In this document: piece by piece, positions 1 to 8,972 of the stretch | Position numbering within the stretch: position 1 is the first letter of the stretch | Layout of the letters: each line of letters starts with the position of its first letter | NCBI RefSeq assembly: GCF_001457615.1 | Contig: NZ_LN831024.1 | Coordinates: 5,790,001-5,822,000 of the forward strand | DNA length: 32,000 nucleotides | Direction: 5' to 3' | From: Pseudomonas aeruginosa | GTDB lineage: Bacteria; Pseudomonadota; Gammaproteobacteria; Pseudomonadales; Pseudomonadaceae | Made by a program: the position numbers and the translations under genes | Notes under the pieces: model-generated | The model's input: the letters and a program-made list of their open reading frames with translations, nothing else | What the model was told of the DNA's origin: nothing | The model's database searches: none

Positions 1-947
1 ACCAGCGGGTTGTCGGACACCGCGTTGGCTTCGATCTCCAGCACCTCGGCGGCCTGGCGCATCTGGGTCAGGCAGGCGCCCATCACCTGCGGCTGGCAAC
101 GCAGCGAATAGGGGTCCTGGACCTTGTCGCACTTCTCATGGGAACGCGCCACCTCGCTGCTGGCGGTGAGCAGGTCGCGATAGGCCGCGGCCACGTCGAT
201 CTGCCCACGCTGGCCGCGCGCGGCGTGGATGCGCGCATCGAACGGCGCCCGCGAACCGAGCATGGCCTCGACGCTGAGCCCGCCGCAGACGGTGGCGGCG
301 GCGAACAGGTCCTCGGCCTCGAACAACCCGCGCAGCGCGTAGGCGGTGGACACCTGGGTACCATTGAGCAGGGCCAGGCCTTCCTTCGCCGCCAGGGTCA
401 GCGGCTCCAGCCCGGCCACCGCCAGCGCCTCGGCGGCCGGCAGCCACTCACCGCGATGGCGCGCCCGGCTTTCGCCGATCAGCACCAGCGACATGTGCGC
501 CAGCGGCGCCAGGTCGCCGGAGGCGCCCACCGAGCCTTTCAGCGGGATGTGCGGATAGACCTCGGCGTTGATCAGCGCGATCAGCGCGTCGATCACCTTG
601 CGGCGGATGCCGGAGAACCCGCGAGCCAGGCTGTTCACCTTGAGCAGCATGACCAGCCGCACCATGGCGTCGTCCAGCGCCTCGCCGACGCCGGCGGCAT
701 GGGACAGGACGATGGAGCGCTGGAGCTTCTCCAGGTCGGCCGGTGAGATCCGCGTCGAGGCCAGAAGGCCGAAACCGGTATTGATGCCGTAGGCGGTGCG
801 GCCCTCGGCGATGATGTTCTCGACACAGGCGACGCTGGCGGCGACCGGCGCGTCGGCGCTGGGATCCAGGCTCAGGCGCACGGGGGCCAGGTAGGCTTGG
901 CGCAGGTCGGCCAGGGTCAGCTGGCCGGGTTTCAGATGCAGGCTCAT
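1..947 (-). CDS. hutH: Histidine ammonia-lyase (histidase), 3' part outside the window
   Basis: Open minus-strand frame running off the window start; translation begins [22 protein letters not shown] with RBS AAGGAG; contains the MIO-forming motif [14 protein letters not shown] (rc of ~508-545). Confidence 0.95.
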   Translation of the reverse strand, partial: MSLHLKPGQLTLADLRQAYLAPVRLSLDPSADAPVAASVACVENIIAEGRTAYGINTGFGLLASTRISPADLEKLQRSIVLSHAAGVGEALDDAMVRLVMLLKVNSLARGFSGIRRKVIDALIALINAEVYPHIPLKGSVGASGDLAPLAHMSLVLIGESRARHRGEWLPAAEALAVAGLEPLTLAAKEGLALLNGTQVSTAYALRGLFEAEDLFAAATVCGGLSVEAMLGSRAPFDARIHAARGQRGQIDVAAAYRDLLTASSEVARSHEKCDKVQDPYSLRCQPQVMGACLTQMRQAAEVLEIEANAVSDNPL

Positions 948-1043
948 CGAAGGCTCCTTGTTCGGTTCGGCGGGCTCGGCAGCGCCGTCCGCCAGCGGCG
1001 TTTCATGGGATTGAAGGCGGCCGCGCCGCCCTGGAAATTCGTC

Positions 1044-2486
1044 TCAGGCCCCGTGCGCGGGACGTTCGAAGGCGCCGGGATCGGCCGGCAGGATCATTCG
1101 CGCCGGGGCCTGGCGCGTGGCCTTGCGCCGCGCCACCAGGTAGTAGAGGACCGCCGGCACCAGCAAGCCGATGATCCAGGAGATATCCACGCCGCCGAGG
1201 TGCTCGACCATCGGTCCGGTGTACAGCGTGGTCGCCAGGAACGGCATCTGCACCAGCACGCCGAGGGTATAGACGGCGATTCCCGGCAGGTTCCAGCGAC
1301 CGTAGCGGCCGTCGGGGTCGGCCAGCGCGGGCACGTCATAGCGCTCGCGGGTGATGAAGTAGTAGTCGACCAGGTTCACCGCGCTCCACGGGGTGAAGAA
1401 GGTCAGCAGGAACAGGATGAAGGACTTGAACGCAGCGAGGAACGAGTGCTGGCCGAGCAGCGCGATGAGCGTCGAGGCGCCGACGATCACGAGGACGAAG
1501 AACAGGCGTTGCAGGCGGGTGATCTCCAGCTGACCGCGTACGCTGCTGATGATGGTCGCGATGCACATGAAGCTTCCGTAGGAGTTCAGCGTGGAAATGG
1601 TCACCTTGCCGAAGGCGATGCTGAAGTAGAGCAGCGCGGCGACGGTCCCGCTGCTGCCCAGGCCGACGATGTAGGCCACCTCGCGGCCGGCGAACTGACC
1701 GTTGGCCAGGGCTGCGGAGAACACCCCGAGGACCATCGAGGCCTGGGCGCCGAGCACCGAGCCGAGGCCGACGGCGAGGAAGGTCTTCCACGACGAGGTG
1801 GACGCCGGCAGGTAGCGTGAATAGTCGGCCACGTAGGGGCCGAAGGCGATCTGCCAGGACGCCGCCAGGGACACCGCGAGGAGGAACGAGGCCCAGCTGA
1901 AGTGGCGGATGGCGAGCAGATCGCCGATGTCGCTGAGCAGCATCAGGCGGCTGAACAGGTAGACGAAGGCGATGATGCCGAGGACGCTGGCGATCCGCCC
2001 GATGATGTGGATGACGCGATAGCCGAGCACCGTCACCAGGACGATGAAGGCGGCGAAGATGAAGATCCCGGCGCTGTCGCTGAGCCCGGTGAGCTGGCCG
2101 ATGGCCTGGCCGGAAAGCACCGTGCCGGTGGCGGTGAAGCCCAGGTACATCAGGCACACCAGGGCGATCGGGATGCAGGCGCCGTAGACGCCGAACTGCA
2201 CCCGGCTGGAAATCATCTGCGGCAGCCCCAGGCGCGGCCCCTGCGCGGCGTGCAGGGCCATCACCGCGCCGCCGAGGAGCTGGCCGATGAGCAGGCCGAC
2301 CAGCGACCAGAACACGTCGCCGCCGAGGACCACGGCGAGGGCGCCGGTGACGATGGCGGTGATCTGCAGGTTGGCCCCCAGCCAGAGGGTGAACTGGCTG
2401 TAGAGGCGGCCGTGGCGCTCGTTCGCCGGGATGTAGTCGATCGAGCGCCGTTCGATCAGTGGCTTGCTGTCGCTGCCCTGGGTCAT
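1044..2486 (-). CDS. NCS1-family (cytosine/purine/hydantoin-type) permease within the hut locus
   Basis: ORF track 1044..2645; likely start is MTQGSDSKPLIERRSIDYIPANERHGR at 2486; many hydrophobic helices, NCS1-like N-terminus. Confidence 0.85.
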   Translation of the reverse strand: MTQGSDSKPLIERRSIDYIPANERHGRLYSQFTLWLGANLQITAIVTGALAVVLGGDVFWSLVGLLIGQLLGGAVMALHAAQGPRLGLPQMISSRVQFGVYGACIPIALVCLMYLGFTATGTVLSGQAIGQLTGLSDSAGIFIFAAFIVLVTVLGYRVIHIIGRIASVLGIIAFVYLFSRLMLLSDIGDLLAIRHFSWASFLLAVSLAASWQIAFGPYVADYSRYLPASTSSWKTFLAVGLGSVLGAQASMVLGVFSAALANGQFAGREVAYIVGLGSSGTVAALLYFSIAFGKVTISTLNSYGSFMCIATIISSVRGQLEITRLQRLFFVLVIVGASTLIALLGQHSFLAAFKSFILFLLTFFTPWSAVNLVDYYFITRERYDVPALADPDGRYGRWNLPGIAVYTLGVLVQMPFLATTLYTGPMVEHLGGVDISWIIGLLVPAVLYYLVARRKATRQAPARMILPADPGAFERPAHGA

Positions 2487-2593
2487 GCTGCTGTACTCCG
2501 CTGCGGCTCGCGCGCCGCCATTCTTGTTGTGGCCTGGTCGGGACAGTGGGCGGCCGCCCCCACGCCCCGCCGGCGTGGAGGCGGTTTTCGAGG

Positions 2594-4273
2594 TCAGCGC
2601 TGGGCGGTGATCATCGGCAGGTTCAGGCCCTGCTCCTTCGCGCAATCGATGGCGACCTGGTAGCCGGCGTCGGCGTGCCGCATCACCCCGGTCCCCGGGT
2701 CGTTGGTCAGCACGCGGGCGATGCGTTCGGCGGCCTCGTCGCTACCGTCGCAGACGATCACCATCCCGGAGTGCTGGGAGAAGCCCATGCCTACGCCGCC
2801 GCCGTGGTGCAGCGAGACCCAGGTGGCGCCGCTGGCGGTATTCAGCAGGGCATTCAGCAGCGGCCAGTCGGACACCGCGTCGGAGCCGTCCTGCATGGCC
2901 TCGGTCTCGCGGTTGGGGCTGGCCACCGAGCCGGAGTCGAGGTGGTCGCGGCCGATGACGATCGGCGCGGACAGCTCGCCGCTGCGCACCATCTCGTTGA
3001 AGGCCAGGCCGAGCTTGGCGCGCAGCCCCAGGCCAACCCAGCAGATGCGCGCCGGCAGGCCCTGGAAGCTGATGCGCTCGCGGGCCATGTCCAGCCAACG
3101 GTGCAGGTGGGCATCGTCGGGGATCAGTTGCTTGACCTTGGCGTCGGTCTTGTAGATGTCCTGCGGGTCGCCCGACAGCGCGGCCCAGCGGAACGGACCG
3201 ATGCCGCGACAGAACAGCGGGCGGATGTAGGCCGGGACGAAGCCGGGGAAATCGAAGGCATTGGCCACCCCCTCTTCCTTGGCCATCTGGCGGATGTTGT
3301 TGCCATAGTCGAAGGTCGGCACGCCCTGCTGCTGGAACGCCAGCATGGCCCGCACGTGTACCGCCATGGACTGCTTGGCGGCCTTGACCACGGCGGCCGG
3401 GTCGGTCTGCGCGCGGTCGCGGTACTCTTCCCAGCTCCAGCCGGCCGGCAGGTAGCCGTTGAGTGGATCGTGGGCGCTGGTCTGGTCGGTGACCATGTCC
3501 GGGCGTACGCCGCGGCGAACCAGTTCCGGAAGGATCTCGGCGGCATTGCCCAGCAGGGCGATGGAAATGGCCTTGCCTTCGGCGGTGTAGCGCTGGATCC
3601 GCGCCAGGGCGTCGTCCAGGTCCTTGGCCTGCTCGTCGACGTAGCGACTGCGCAGGCGGAAGTCGATGCGGCTCTGCTGGCACTCGATGTTCAGCGAACA
3701 GGCGCCGGCCAGGGTCGCCGCCAGCGGCTGGGCGCCGCCCATGCCGCCAAGGCCGGCGGTAAGCACCCAGCGGCCCTTGAGATTGCCGTCGTAATGCTGG
3801 CGGCCAGCCTCGACGAAGGTTTCGTAGGTGCCCTGGACGATGCCCTGGCTGCCGATGTAGATCCACGAACCGGCGGTCATCTGGCCGTACATCGCCAGGC
3901 CCTTGGCGTCCAGTTCGTTGAAGTGTTCCCAGGTCGCCCAGTGCGGCACCAGGTTGGAGTTGGCGATCAGCACCCGCGGCGCGTTGGCGTGGGTCTTGAA
4001 CACGCCGACCGGCTTGCCGGACTGTACCAGCAGGGTCTCGTCGTCGTTCAGTTGCTTGAGGGTCTCGACGATCCTGTCGTAGCACTCCCAGTTGCGCGCG
4101 GCGCGGCCGATGCCGCCGTAAACCACCAGTTCCCTGGGGTTCTCCGCGACCTCCGGGTCGAGGTTGTTCATCAGCATGCGCAGCGGCGCTTCGGTCAGCC
4201 AGCTCTTGGCGGTCAGCGTAGTGCCGCGCGGGGCGCGGATTTCGATATCGCGGAATTTGCTCGGGGTGGTCAC
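2594..4273 (-). CDS. hutU: Urocanate hydratase (urocanase)
   Basis: 559 aa from GTG start ([17 protein letters not shown]...), urocanase signatures [43 protein letters not shown]. Confidence 0.97.
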   Translation of the reverse strand: MTTPSKFRDIEIRAPRGTTLTAKSWLTEAPLRMLMNNLDPEVAENPRELVVYGGIGRAARNWECYDRIVETLKQLNDDETLLVQSGKPVGVFKTHANAPRVLIANSNLVPHWATWEHFNELDAKGLAMYGQMTAGSWIYIGSQGIVQGTYETFVEAGRQHYDGNLKGRWVLTAGLGGMGGAQPLAATLAGACSLNIECQQSRIDFRLRSRYVDEQAKDLDDALARIQRYTAEGKAISIALLGNAAEILPELVRRGVRPDMVTDQTSAHDPLNGYLPAGWSWEEYRDRAQTDPAAVVKAAKQSMAVHVRAMLAFQQQGVPTFDYGNNIRQMAKEEGVANAFDFPGFVPAYIRPLFCRGIGPFRWAALSGDPQDIYKTDAKVKQLIPDDAHLHRWLDMARERISFQGLPARICWVGLGLRAKLGLAFNEMVRSGELSAPIVIGRDHLDSGSVASPNRETEAMQDGSDAVSDWPLLNALLNTASGATWVSLHHGGGVGMGFSQHSGMVIVCDGSDEAAERIARVLTNDPGTGVMRHADAGYQVAIDCAKEQGLNLPMITAQR

Positions 4274-4377
4274 GGCAGGCTCCTGGGCGTGGCGTTCAAC
4301 GGGCGGCGCCCCGCGAGGGTGCGCCTGAATTCTGGGACGAAGCAGAGGTCGGGCTGGGTCTACCGAACACATCTATG

Positions 4378-4391
4378 CTTGTACATACAAG
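4378..4391. promoter_or_regulatory. Candidate HutC operator
   Basis: CTTGTACATACAAG, a perfect 6-bp inverted repeat around CA; fits the TGTA-N2-TACA HutC-type motif; lies upstream of hutU. Confidence 0.75.
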
Positions 4392-4396
4392 TATAA

Positions 4397-4411
4397 GCAA
4401 AGGAAGGGCCA
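4397..4411 (-). promoter_or_regulatory. Candidate sigma-54 promoter of hutU
   Basis: Reverse strand TGGCCC-TTCCT-TTGC, matching TGGCAC-N5-TTGC at 5 of 6 -24 positions and all -12 positions. Confidence 0.7.
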
Positions 4412-4463
4412 ATTCTGCCGTCACGCCCTCCGGCGATATCTCCACACCCCCGTGAATCTCATT

Positions 4464-4476
4464 CAACCCGTTGATT
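4464..4476. promoter_or_regulatory. Candidate IHF site upstream of hutU sigma-54 promoter
   Basis: CAACCCGTTGATT is an exact match to the reverse complement of WATCAANNNNTTR, placed ~80-90 bp upstream of the predicted start. Confidence 0.5.
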
Positions 4477-4598
4477 TTTCTGGAATTAAGAATTAGCGAA
4501 GGTGGCCTCTTCCCCGGGGGAAGGAACCTGCCGGAACGGCCCTGGATGCACGTGGTCGAAGCGTGCGCGCACCGGTTTGGGGCCTTCGGTAACACCGT

Positions 4599-5396
4599 TC
4601 AGCGCAATTGCGGGTAACCCCAGCCCTGCGCCTGACGCTCGTAGTCGAGGAGAATCCGGTAATGCTCCTCGCCGGCCGGGAGGAAGCTTTTCAGCGCCAG
4701 TGTCGCGGCCAGGTGCGGGCACTCGATCAGCGTCAGGTTCAGCGCTTCGAACAGCTCGCGGCGTTGCGCCGCACTCCAGTGCAGCGAGGTGATCAGCGGC
4801 AAGGCCGGGCTCGGCGCGCTGCGCCCGAGCACGCGCAGGCCGGCCAGGCGCTCCGGTGCGTGGCGTTGCAGGTAGCCGAAGGTCACTGCATCCACCGAGG
4901 TCAGCTCGACCTCACCCGCCGCCACCATCGCCAGGCTGCGCAGGTGGCCGCCGCTGATGCGCACTTCGGCGAAGAACGCCGAGTCTCGCCCCAACGGCGC
5001 CAGCGCATGGCGCAGCAGGTTCATGCCGCTGTTGGAGTCGTGGTCGTTGAGCGCCAGGCGGGTATTGCGGAAGTCGCCGAGGCGCTGGCGCGCCTGTCCT
5101 TCGGCGGCGACGAACAGACTGCAATGCTCGCCGGGAGCGCAATCGGGCAAGTCGTAGCTGGGCACCGCGAGCACCGCCACCTGGCCGCGCAACTGGGTCA
5201 TCAGCGGATAGCCGCAGGTCTGCGCGAACAGCAGGTTAGGCTGTCGCCACTGCACCGCCAGATCGGCGGCGGCCGGCGCGTAACGGCGCACGCCCAGGCG
5301 CCGGCAGACCTCGCCGATGAAGGTTGCGCCGGCCTGCCTGACGCAGTCCGGCTCGACATACATGTCCAGCGCCGCCACCACCGGGGTATCGATCAT
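4599..5396 (-). CDS. PhnD-like (phosphate/phosphonate-type) solute-binding-fold protein without an obvious signal peptide
   Basis: 265-aa ORF MIDTPVVAALDMYVEP...; central NDHDSNSGMNLLRHALAP and GHLRSLAMVAAGEVELTSVDAVTFGYL resemble PhnD-family SBPs. Confidence 0.75.
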   Translation of the reverse strand: MIDTPVVAALDMYVEPDCVRQAGATFIGEVCRRLGVRRYAPAAADLAVQWRQPNLLFAQTCGYPLMTQLRGQVAVLAVPSYDLPDCAPGEHCSLFVAAEGQARQRLGDFRNTRLALNDHDSNSGMNLLRHALAPLGRDSAFFAEVRISGGHLRSLAMVAAGEVELTSVDAVTFGYLQRHAPERLAGLRVLGRSAPSPALPLITSLHWSAAQRRELFEALNLTLIECPHLAATLALKSFLPAGEEHYRILLDYERQAQGWGYPQLR

Positions 5397-5414
5397 GCTC
5401 TCGTCCGCCTGCCT

Positions 5415-6353
5415 TCAATGCTCGGGATGCACCGGCGCATCCACCGGCCGCCAACCGTGGCGCCGCCATAGACGACCATAGCCGGGCAGGTGGAAATCGC
5501 CACTGCGTCGCCGGTAGGCACGGCGGCTTGCGTTATACACGCGCGGCAGCAGGTACCAGGGCAGGCCCGGCAGATCGTGGTGGACCAGATGCAGGTTGTT
5601 GTTGAGGAACAGCAGCCGCCACGGCCACCCCGCCTCGACCAGCACGCTGCGCTGCGCCGGCTCGCGGGCCGGACGGTGCTCGTAGAAAGAGCGCAGCATG
5701 CTCAGGCCGAGGGCCGGATAGGCCACCGCCGGCAGGTACAACCAGGGCGGGATGCCCGCCCAGCGCCAAAGCCCGGCCAGCAACCCGCCCAGCAGCACGG
5801 CATGCAGGCCCCACAGGCGCCAGGCGGCGCCCTCTCCCTGGCGCAACCGCGAACCCTCCAGGCGCGCCATCGCCGCCAGGGCCAGCAGCGGGCCGAGGGT
5901 GGCGCGACCGAGCAGGGTCTTGTCCAGGCAGAGCCAGCGCCGCCGCCAGGAGCCCAGGCGCGGCCATTCGGACAGACTGACGTAGCGACTCTCGGGGTCC
6001 AGCCCCGGGTAGGTCAGTTGCTCGTCGCGGTGGTGCCGCAAGTGGCTGTCACGGTACAGCGGATAGGGATACCAGACGGCCAGCGGCAGGTAGCCGAGCA
6101 CGGCGTTGAACCTCGGCCAGCGGGTCGGGTGGCCATGGATCAGCTCATGCTGCAACGACATGTAGAGGGAGGCGAACGGCACCAGCCCCGCCAGCACCGG
6201 CCAGCCCCAATGCCGATACTGGCTGGCGAGCAGTGCCCAACCGCCGTACAGGCAGGCGATCAGCAGCCAGGTCGGCCATTCGCTGCGCGCCTGGAAGGTA
6301 TCCTGGAGCCGCCGCACCAGGGTGCGCTGACGCCCGCTCAGGTAGTGCGCCAT
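5415..6353 (-). CDS. Fatty-acid-desaturase-like membrane di-iron protein
   Basis: 312 aa; three His clusters HELIHGHPTR, HLRHH and NLHLVHHDLP between hydrophobic segments. Confidence 0.85.
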   Translation of the reverse strand: MAHYLSGRQRTLVRRLQDTFQARSEWPTWLLIACLYGGWALLASQYRHWGWPVLAGLVPFASLYMSLQHELIHGHPTRWPRFNAVLGYLPLAVWYPYPLYRDSHLRHHRDEQLTYPGLDPESRYVSLSEWPRLGSWRRRWLCLDKTLLGRATLGPLLALAAMARLEGSRLRQGEGAAWRLWGLHAVLLGGLLAGLWRWAGIPPWLYLPAVAYPALGLSMLRSFYEHRPAREPAQRSVLVEAGWPWRLLFLNNNLHLVHHDLPGLPWYLLPRVYNASRRAYRRRSGDFHLPGYGRLWRRHGWRPVDAPVHPEH

Positions 6354-6368
6354 GAAGGCTGGCGAGGC

Positions 6369-7391
6369 TTACTTCAGGGAGGTATCGAGGCGCGCGGCGA
6401 CTTCGGCCGGCACCCAGTGGCTCCAGATTTCGCGATGCTGGCGAAGGAACTGCGCACGCACCTCGCCGACCTCGCGATGATTCTGCGCCATGTCGGCGAG
6501 CAGCTCGTTGAACAGCGGCAAGGGGATCTCGACCTTGCGGAACAGCTCGACCAACGCCGGCGCCTTGTCATGGAAATCGCGGGAAACGCCAATGGTGATC
6601 TTCGCCGGCAACGAGCGGGAACCGATGGGGTCGGGGTTCTTCGGATCGGACAGGGTGGCCCAGGCCTTCTCGCTGAACGGCGGCTCTTCCAGTTGCACCA
6701 GCTTGAAACGGCCCATCAACGGAGTCGGCGACCAATAGTAGAAAAGCACCGGCTCACCGCGCCGGAAGGCCGCACTGATCGCCGCATCCAGCGCCGGGCC
6801 GGTGCCGGTGCGGAAGTTCGTGTAGCTGTCCTGCAACCTGTAGGCCTTGAGCTTCTGGCTGTTGACGATCTCGCAGGTCCAACCGGTCGGGCAGTTGTAG
6901 AAACGCCCCTTGGCGGGCTCCTCGGGATCGCGGAACAGCGCCTTGTAGCGCGGCAGGTCGGCGACCGACCTCAACTCCGGCGCCTTCGCCTCGATGCCTC
7001 GTTGCGGGTCGCCCTTGACCAGGTACTCCGGCACCCACCAGCCCTCGGTGGCGCCCTTCACCGTCTCGCCGACGGAGAACACCTCGCCCGCCTCCTCCGC
7101 CGCGCGCCACACCGGGCTACGCCCGGCCCATTGCTCCCCGGTGACCTGGATATCGTTCTGGCGCAGGGCGTTTTCCATGGTCACGGTATTGCCCGGCAGC
7201 GCGTCGGTCTCGCAGCCGTAGCCTTTTTCCAGTACGTAGCGCAACAGGTCGGTGGTGAACATGCCGCTTTCCCAGTTCAGCCCGGCGAACACCACTTTGC
7301 CCGGGTACGGGCATTCCGCCGCGACGGCGGTCTGGCTGGCGAGGCTGGCGCCCAGGGCGAGGACGGCGAGGATCTGGCGAAGCGGGGGCAT
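6369..7391 (-). CDS. Glycine-betaine/proline (OpuAC/ProX-type) periplasmic binding protein
   Basis: Start MPPLRQILAVLALGASLASQTAVAAECPYPGKVVFAGLNWESG, with signal peptide; later WWVPEYLVKGD and WSPTPLMGRFKLVQLEEP typical of the family. The longer ORF start at 7421 is less likely. Confidence 0.8.
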   Translation of the reverse strand: MPPLRQILAVLALGASLASQTAVAAECPYPGKVVFAGLNWESGMFTTDLLRYVLEKGYGCETDALPGNTVTMENALRQNDIQVTGEQWAGRSPVWRAAEEAGEVFSVGETVKGATEGWWVPEYLVKGDPQRGIEAKAPELRSVADLPRYKALFRDPEEPAKGRFYNCPTGWTCEIVNSQKLKAYRLQDSYTNFRTGTGPALDAAISAAFRRGEPVLFYYWSPTPLMGRFKLVQLEEPPFSEKAWATLSDPKNPDPIGSRSLPAKITIGVSRDFHDKAPALVELFRKVEIPLPLFNELLADMAQNHREVGEVRAQFLRQHREIWSHWVPAEVAARLDTSLK

Positions 7392-7480
7392 GCGGGTCTC
7401 CCGGTTGGAGTCGGACGGCATGCGGAACTATATAGGCATTAAAAATATTGGATTAATAACGTTTGATTCTTTTGATAGAC

Positions 7481-7514
7481 AAAAGCGCCTACCCTTTCGG
7501 TGTAGACGCTTTTT
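7481..7514 (-). terminator. Intrinsic terminator downstream of hutCD (potentially bidirectional)
   Basis: AAAAGCGCCTAC (7481-7492) pairs with GTAGACGCTTTT (7502-7513), 12-bp stem with one G-U, T-rich on both strands. Confidence 0.7.
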
Positions 7515-7532
7515 CCTGGCGGCGCCGGCGAA

Positions 7533-8123
7533 TCACAGCGAATCGAGTTCCACCGCACAGACCCACGCCGGCTCGTGTGCCGTCAGGCGCCAATGCTGCA
7601 AGCCCTGCAGTCCCTCGGCGCACAGGCAGTCGTGGGCAGCCAGTTGCCCGCGAGGTTGCCCTTGCAAGGAAATCGCTACCCCGCCCTGCTGGGCGAACAG
7701 CAGCAGCGTGCTCGCCGTGCCGTGCCAGTCCAGCTCGCCCTCGACCCGCAGCCATTGCAGGCGCGCGCGATGGCGCCGGGGCGCATAGATCAGGTTGAAG
7801 TCGCGGATAGCTCCATCGAGCAGGGTGCAGTGCACCTCGCTGTCGCCGGAAAAGGCGAAGGCCTGCCGCGCGCGTAGCGGCGCGGATTCCGCGCCATCCA
7901 CCCGCAGGCGCATGCCGCCGCCCTCCAGCACGCTGATGATCCGCTGGTAACCGGCGAAGCGGGAGAAGCCGCCGGACTCGCCGACATCGGCGATCGACAG
8001 GCGCCAGCCGAAGCCGTCCAGGCCGTCGCCGCCGTCGCGGGCGATCTCCTCGGTGGAGCCGGCGCCGTTCTTCCACGGCATTCTCGGGTAGTCGACGGCG
8101 CGCAGGATGCGGAATTCGCTCAT
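7533..8123 (-). CDS. hutD: HutD family protein
   Basis: 196 aa MSEFRILRAVDYPRMPWKNGAGSTEEIARD...; HutD motif PWKNGAGSTEEI; adjacent to hutC with a 4-bp overlap. Confidence 0.9.
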   Translation of the reverse strand: MSEFRILRAVDYPRMPWKNGAGSTEEIARDGGDGLDGFGWRLSIADVGESGGFSRFAGYQRIISVLEGGGMRLRVDGAESAPLRARQAFAFSGDSEVHCTLLDGAIRDFNLIYAPRRHRARLQWLRVEGELDWHGTASTLLLFAQQGGVAISLQGQPRGQLAAHDCLCAEGLQGLQHWRLTAHEPAWVCAVELDSL

Positions 8124-8872
8124 GAGCTGAAGCGTCCTTCCAGACGGTGGCGGGAACCCGGGTGCAGCAGCCGCGCGGCGGTCACCGCGACACGCCCGGA
8201 CCAGGTGCGGCGGCGGATCAGCAGGCACGGCTCGCCGCGTTCGATCTGCAACAGCTTGCACTCGGCCGGCTCGGCGAGGATCGCCTCGACCACATGCTCG
8301 CCCTCGGTGAGCGGCGCCACCTGGGTCAGGTAGGCATAGGGCGTTTGCCGGGTGAAATCCTGCTTGAGGTAGTCCGGCGCCACCGCGGCGTTCACGTAGC
8401 GGTCCTCGATCTGCACCGGGATATCGTTCTCGTAGTGCACGATCAGCGAGTGGAACACCCGCTGGCCTTCGCGCACGTCCAGTGCCAGGGCGCGCTCGGG
8501 GCCGGCGACCTCCTCGCCGAGGGTGATCACCTGGCAACGATGGCGATGCCCGCGGGCCGCGATCTCGTCGGCGATATTGTGCACCTCGAACAGTGCCGAC
8601 TGGCCCTTGGGCTCGGCGACGAAGGTACCGACCCCCTGCATGCGCACCAGCAGGCCGTCGCTGGTCAGTTCGCGCAGGGCGCGATTGATGGTCATGCGAC
8701 TGAAGCCGAGCTGGCTGACCAGTTCGCTCTCGGAGGGCACCCGGTGGTGCGGCGGCCAGGCGCCCGACTGGATCTGGCTGACGATCATCTGCTTGACCCG
8801 CGCGTAGAGCGGCGCCGGTACCTCGCCGAGTTGCGAGGCCAGCGGGGAACGATCGGAAGAAGAGGACGTCAC
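8120..8872 (-). CDS. hutC: Histidine utilisation repressor, GntR family (HutC subfamily)
   Basis: 250 aa from GTG; wHTH LYARVKQMIVSQIQSGAWPPHHRVPSESELVSQLGFSRMTINRALRELTSDGLLVRMQGVGTFV and a UTRA domain. Confidence 0.95.
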   Translation of the reverse strand: MTSSSSDRSPLASQLGEVPAPLYARVKQMIVSQIQSGAWPPHHRVPSESELVSQLGFSRMTINRALRELTSDGLLVRMQGVGTFVAEPKGQSALFEVHNIADEIAARGHRHRCQVITLGEEVAGPERALALDVREGQRVFHSLIVHYENDIPVQIEDRYVNAAVAPDYLKQDFTRQTPYAYLTQVAPLTEGEHVVEAILAEPAECKLLQIERGEPCLLIRRRTWSGRVAVTAARLLHPGSRHRLEGRFSS

Positions 8873-8934
8873 GGAGAGACTCCTTGTCGAGGCGTCGATG
8901 AAGTGAGTTTACGCACCGCTTAATCGTCTGTATA

Positions 8935-8944
8935 TGTATATACA
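8935..8944. promoter_or_regulatory. Candidate HutC operator in the hutC/hutF divergent region
   Basis: TGTATATACA (TGTA-TA-TACA), same motif as at 4378, 29 bp upstream of the hutF ATG. Confidence 0.65.
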
Positions 8945-8972
8945 AATAAAACAGACTGCGTGTGAGCTGATT

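Noticed and set aside
2459-4396. 645-aa plus-strand ORF covering hutU
   Set aside because: Antisense frame of urocanase; no recognisable motifs.
7422-7480. AT-rich stretch between the SBP gene and hutD as a sign of mobile-element insertion
   Set aside because: No terminal inverted repeats, target duplication, integrase or transposase; better explained as a promoter/terminator region (hairpin at 7481-7514).
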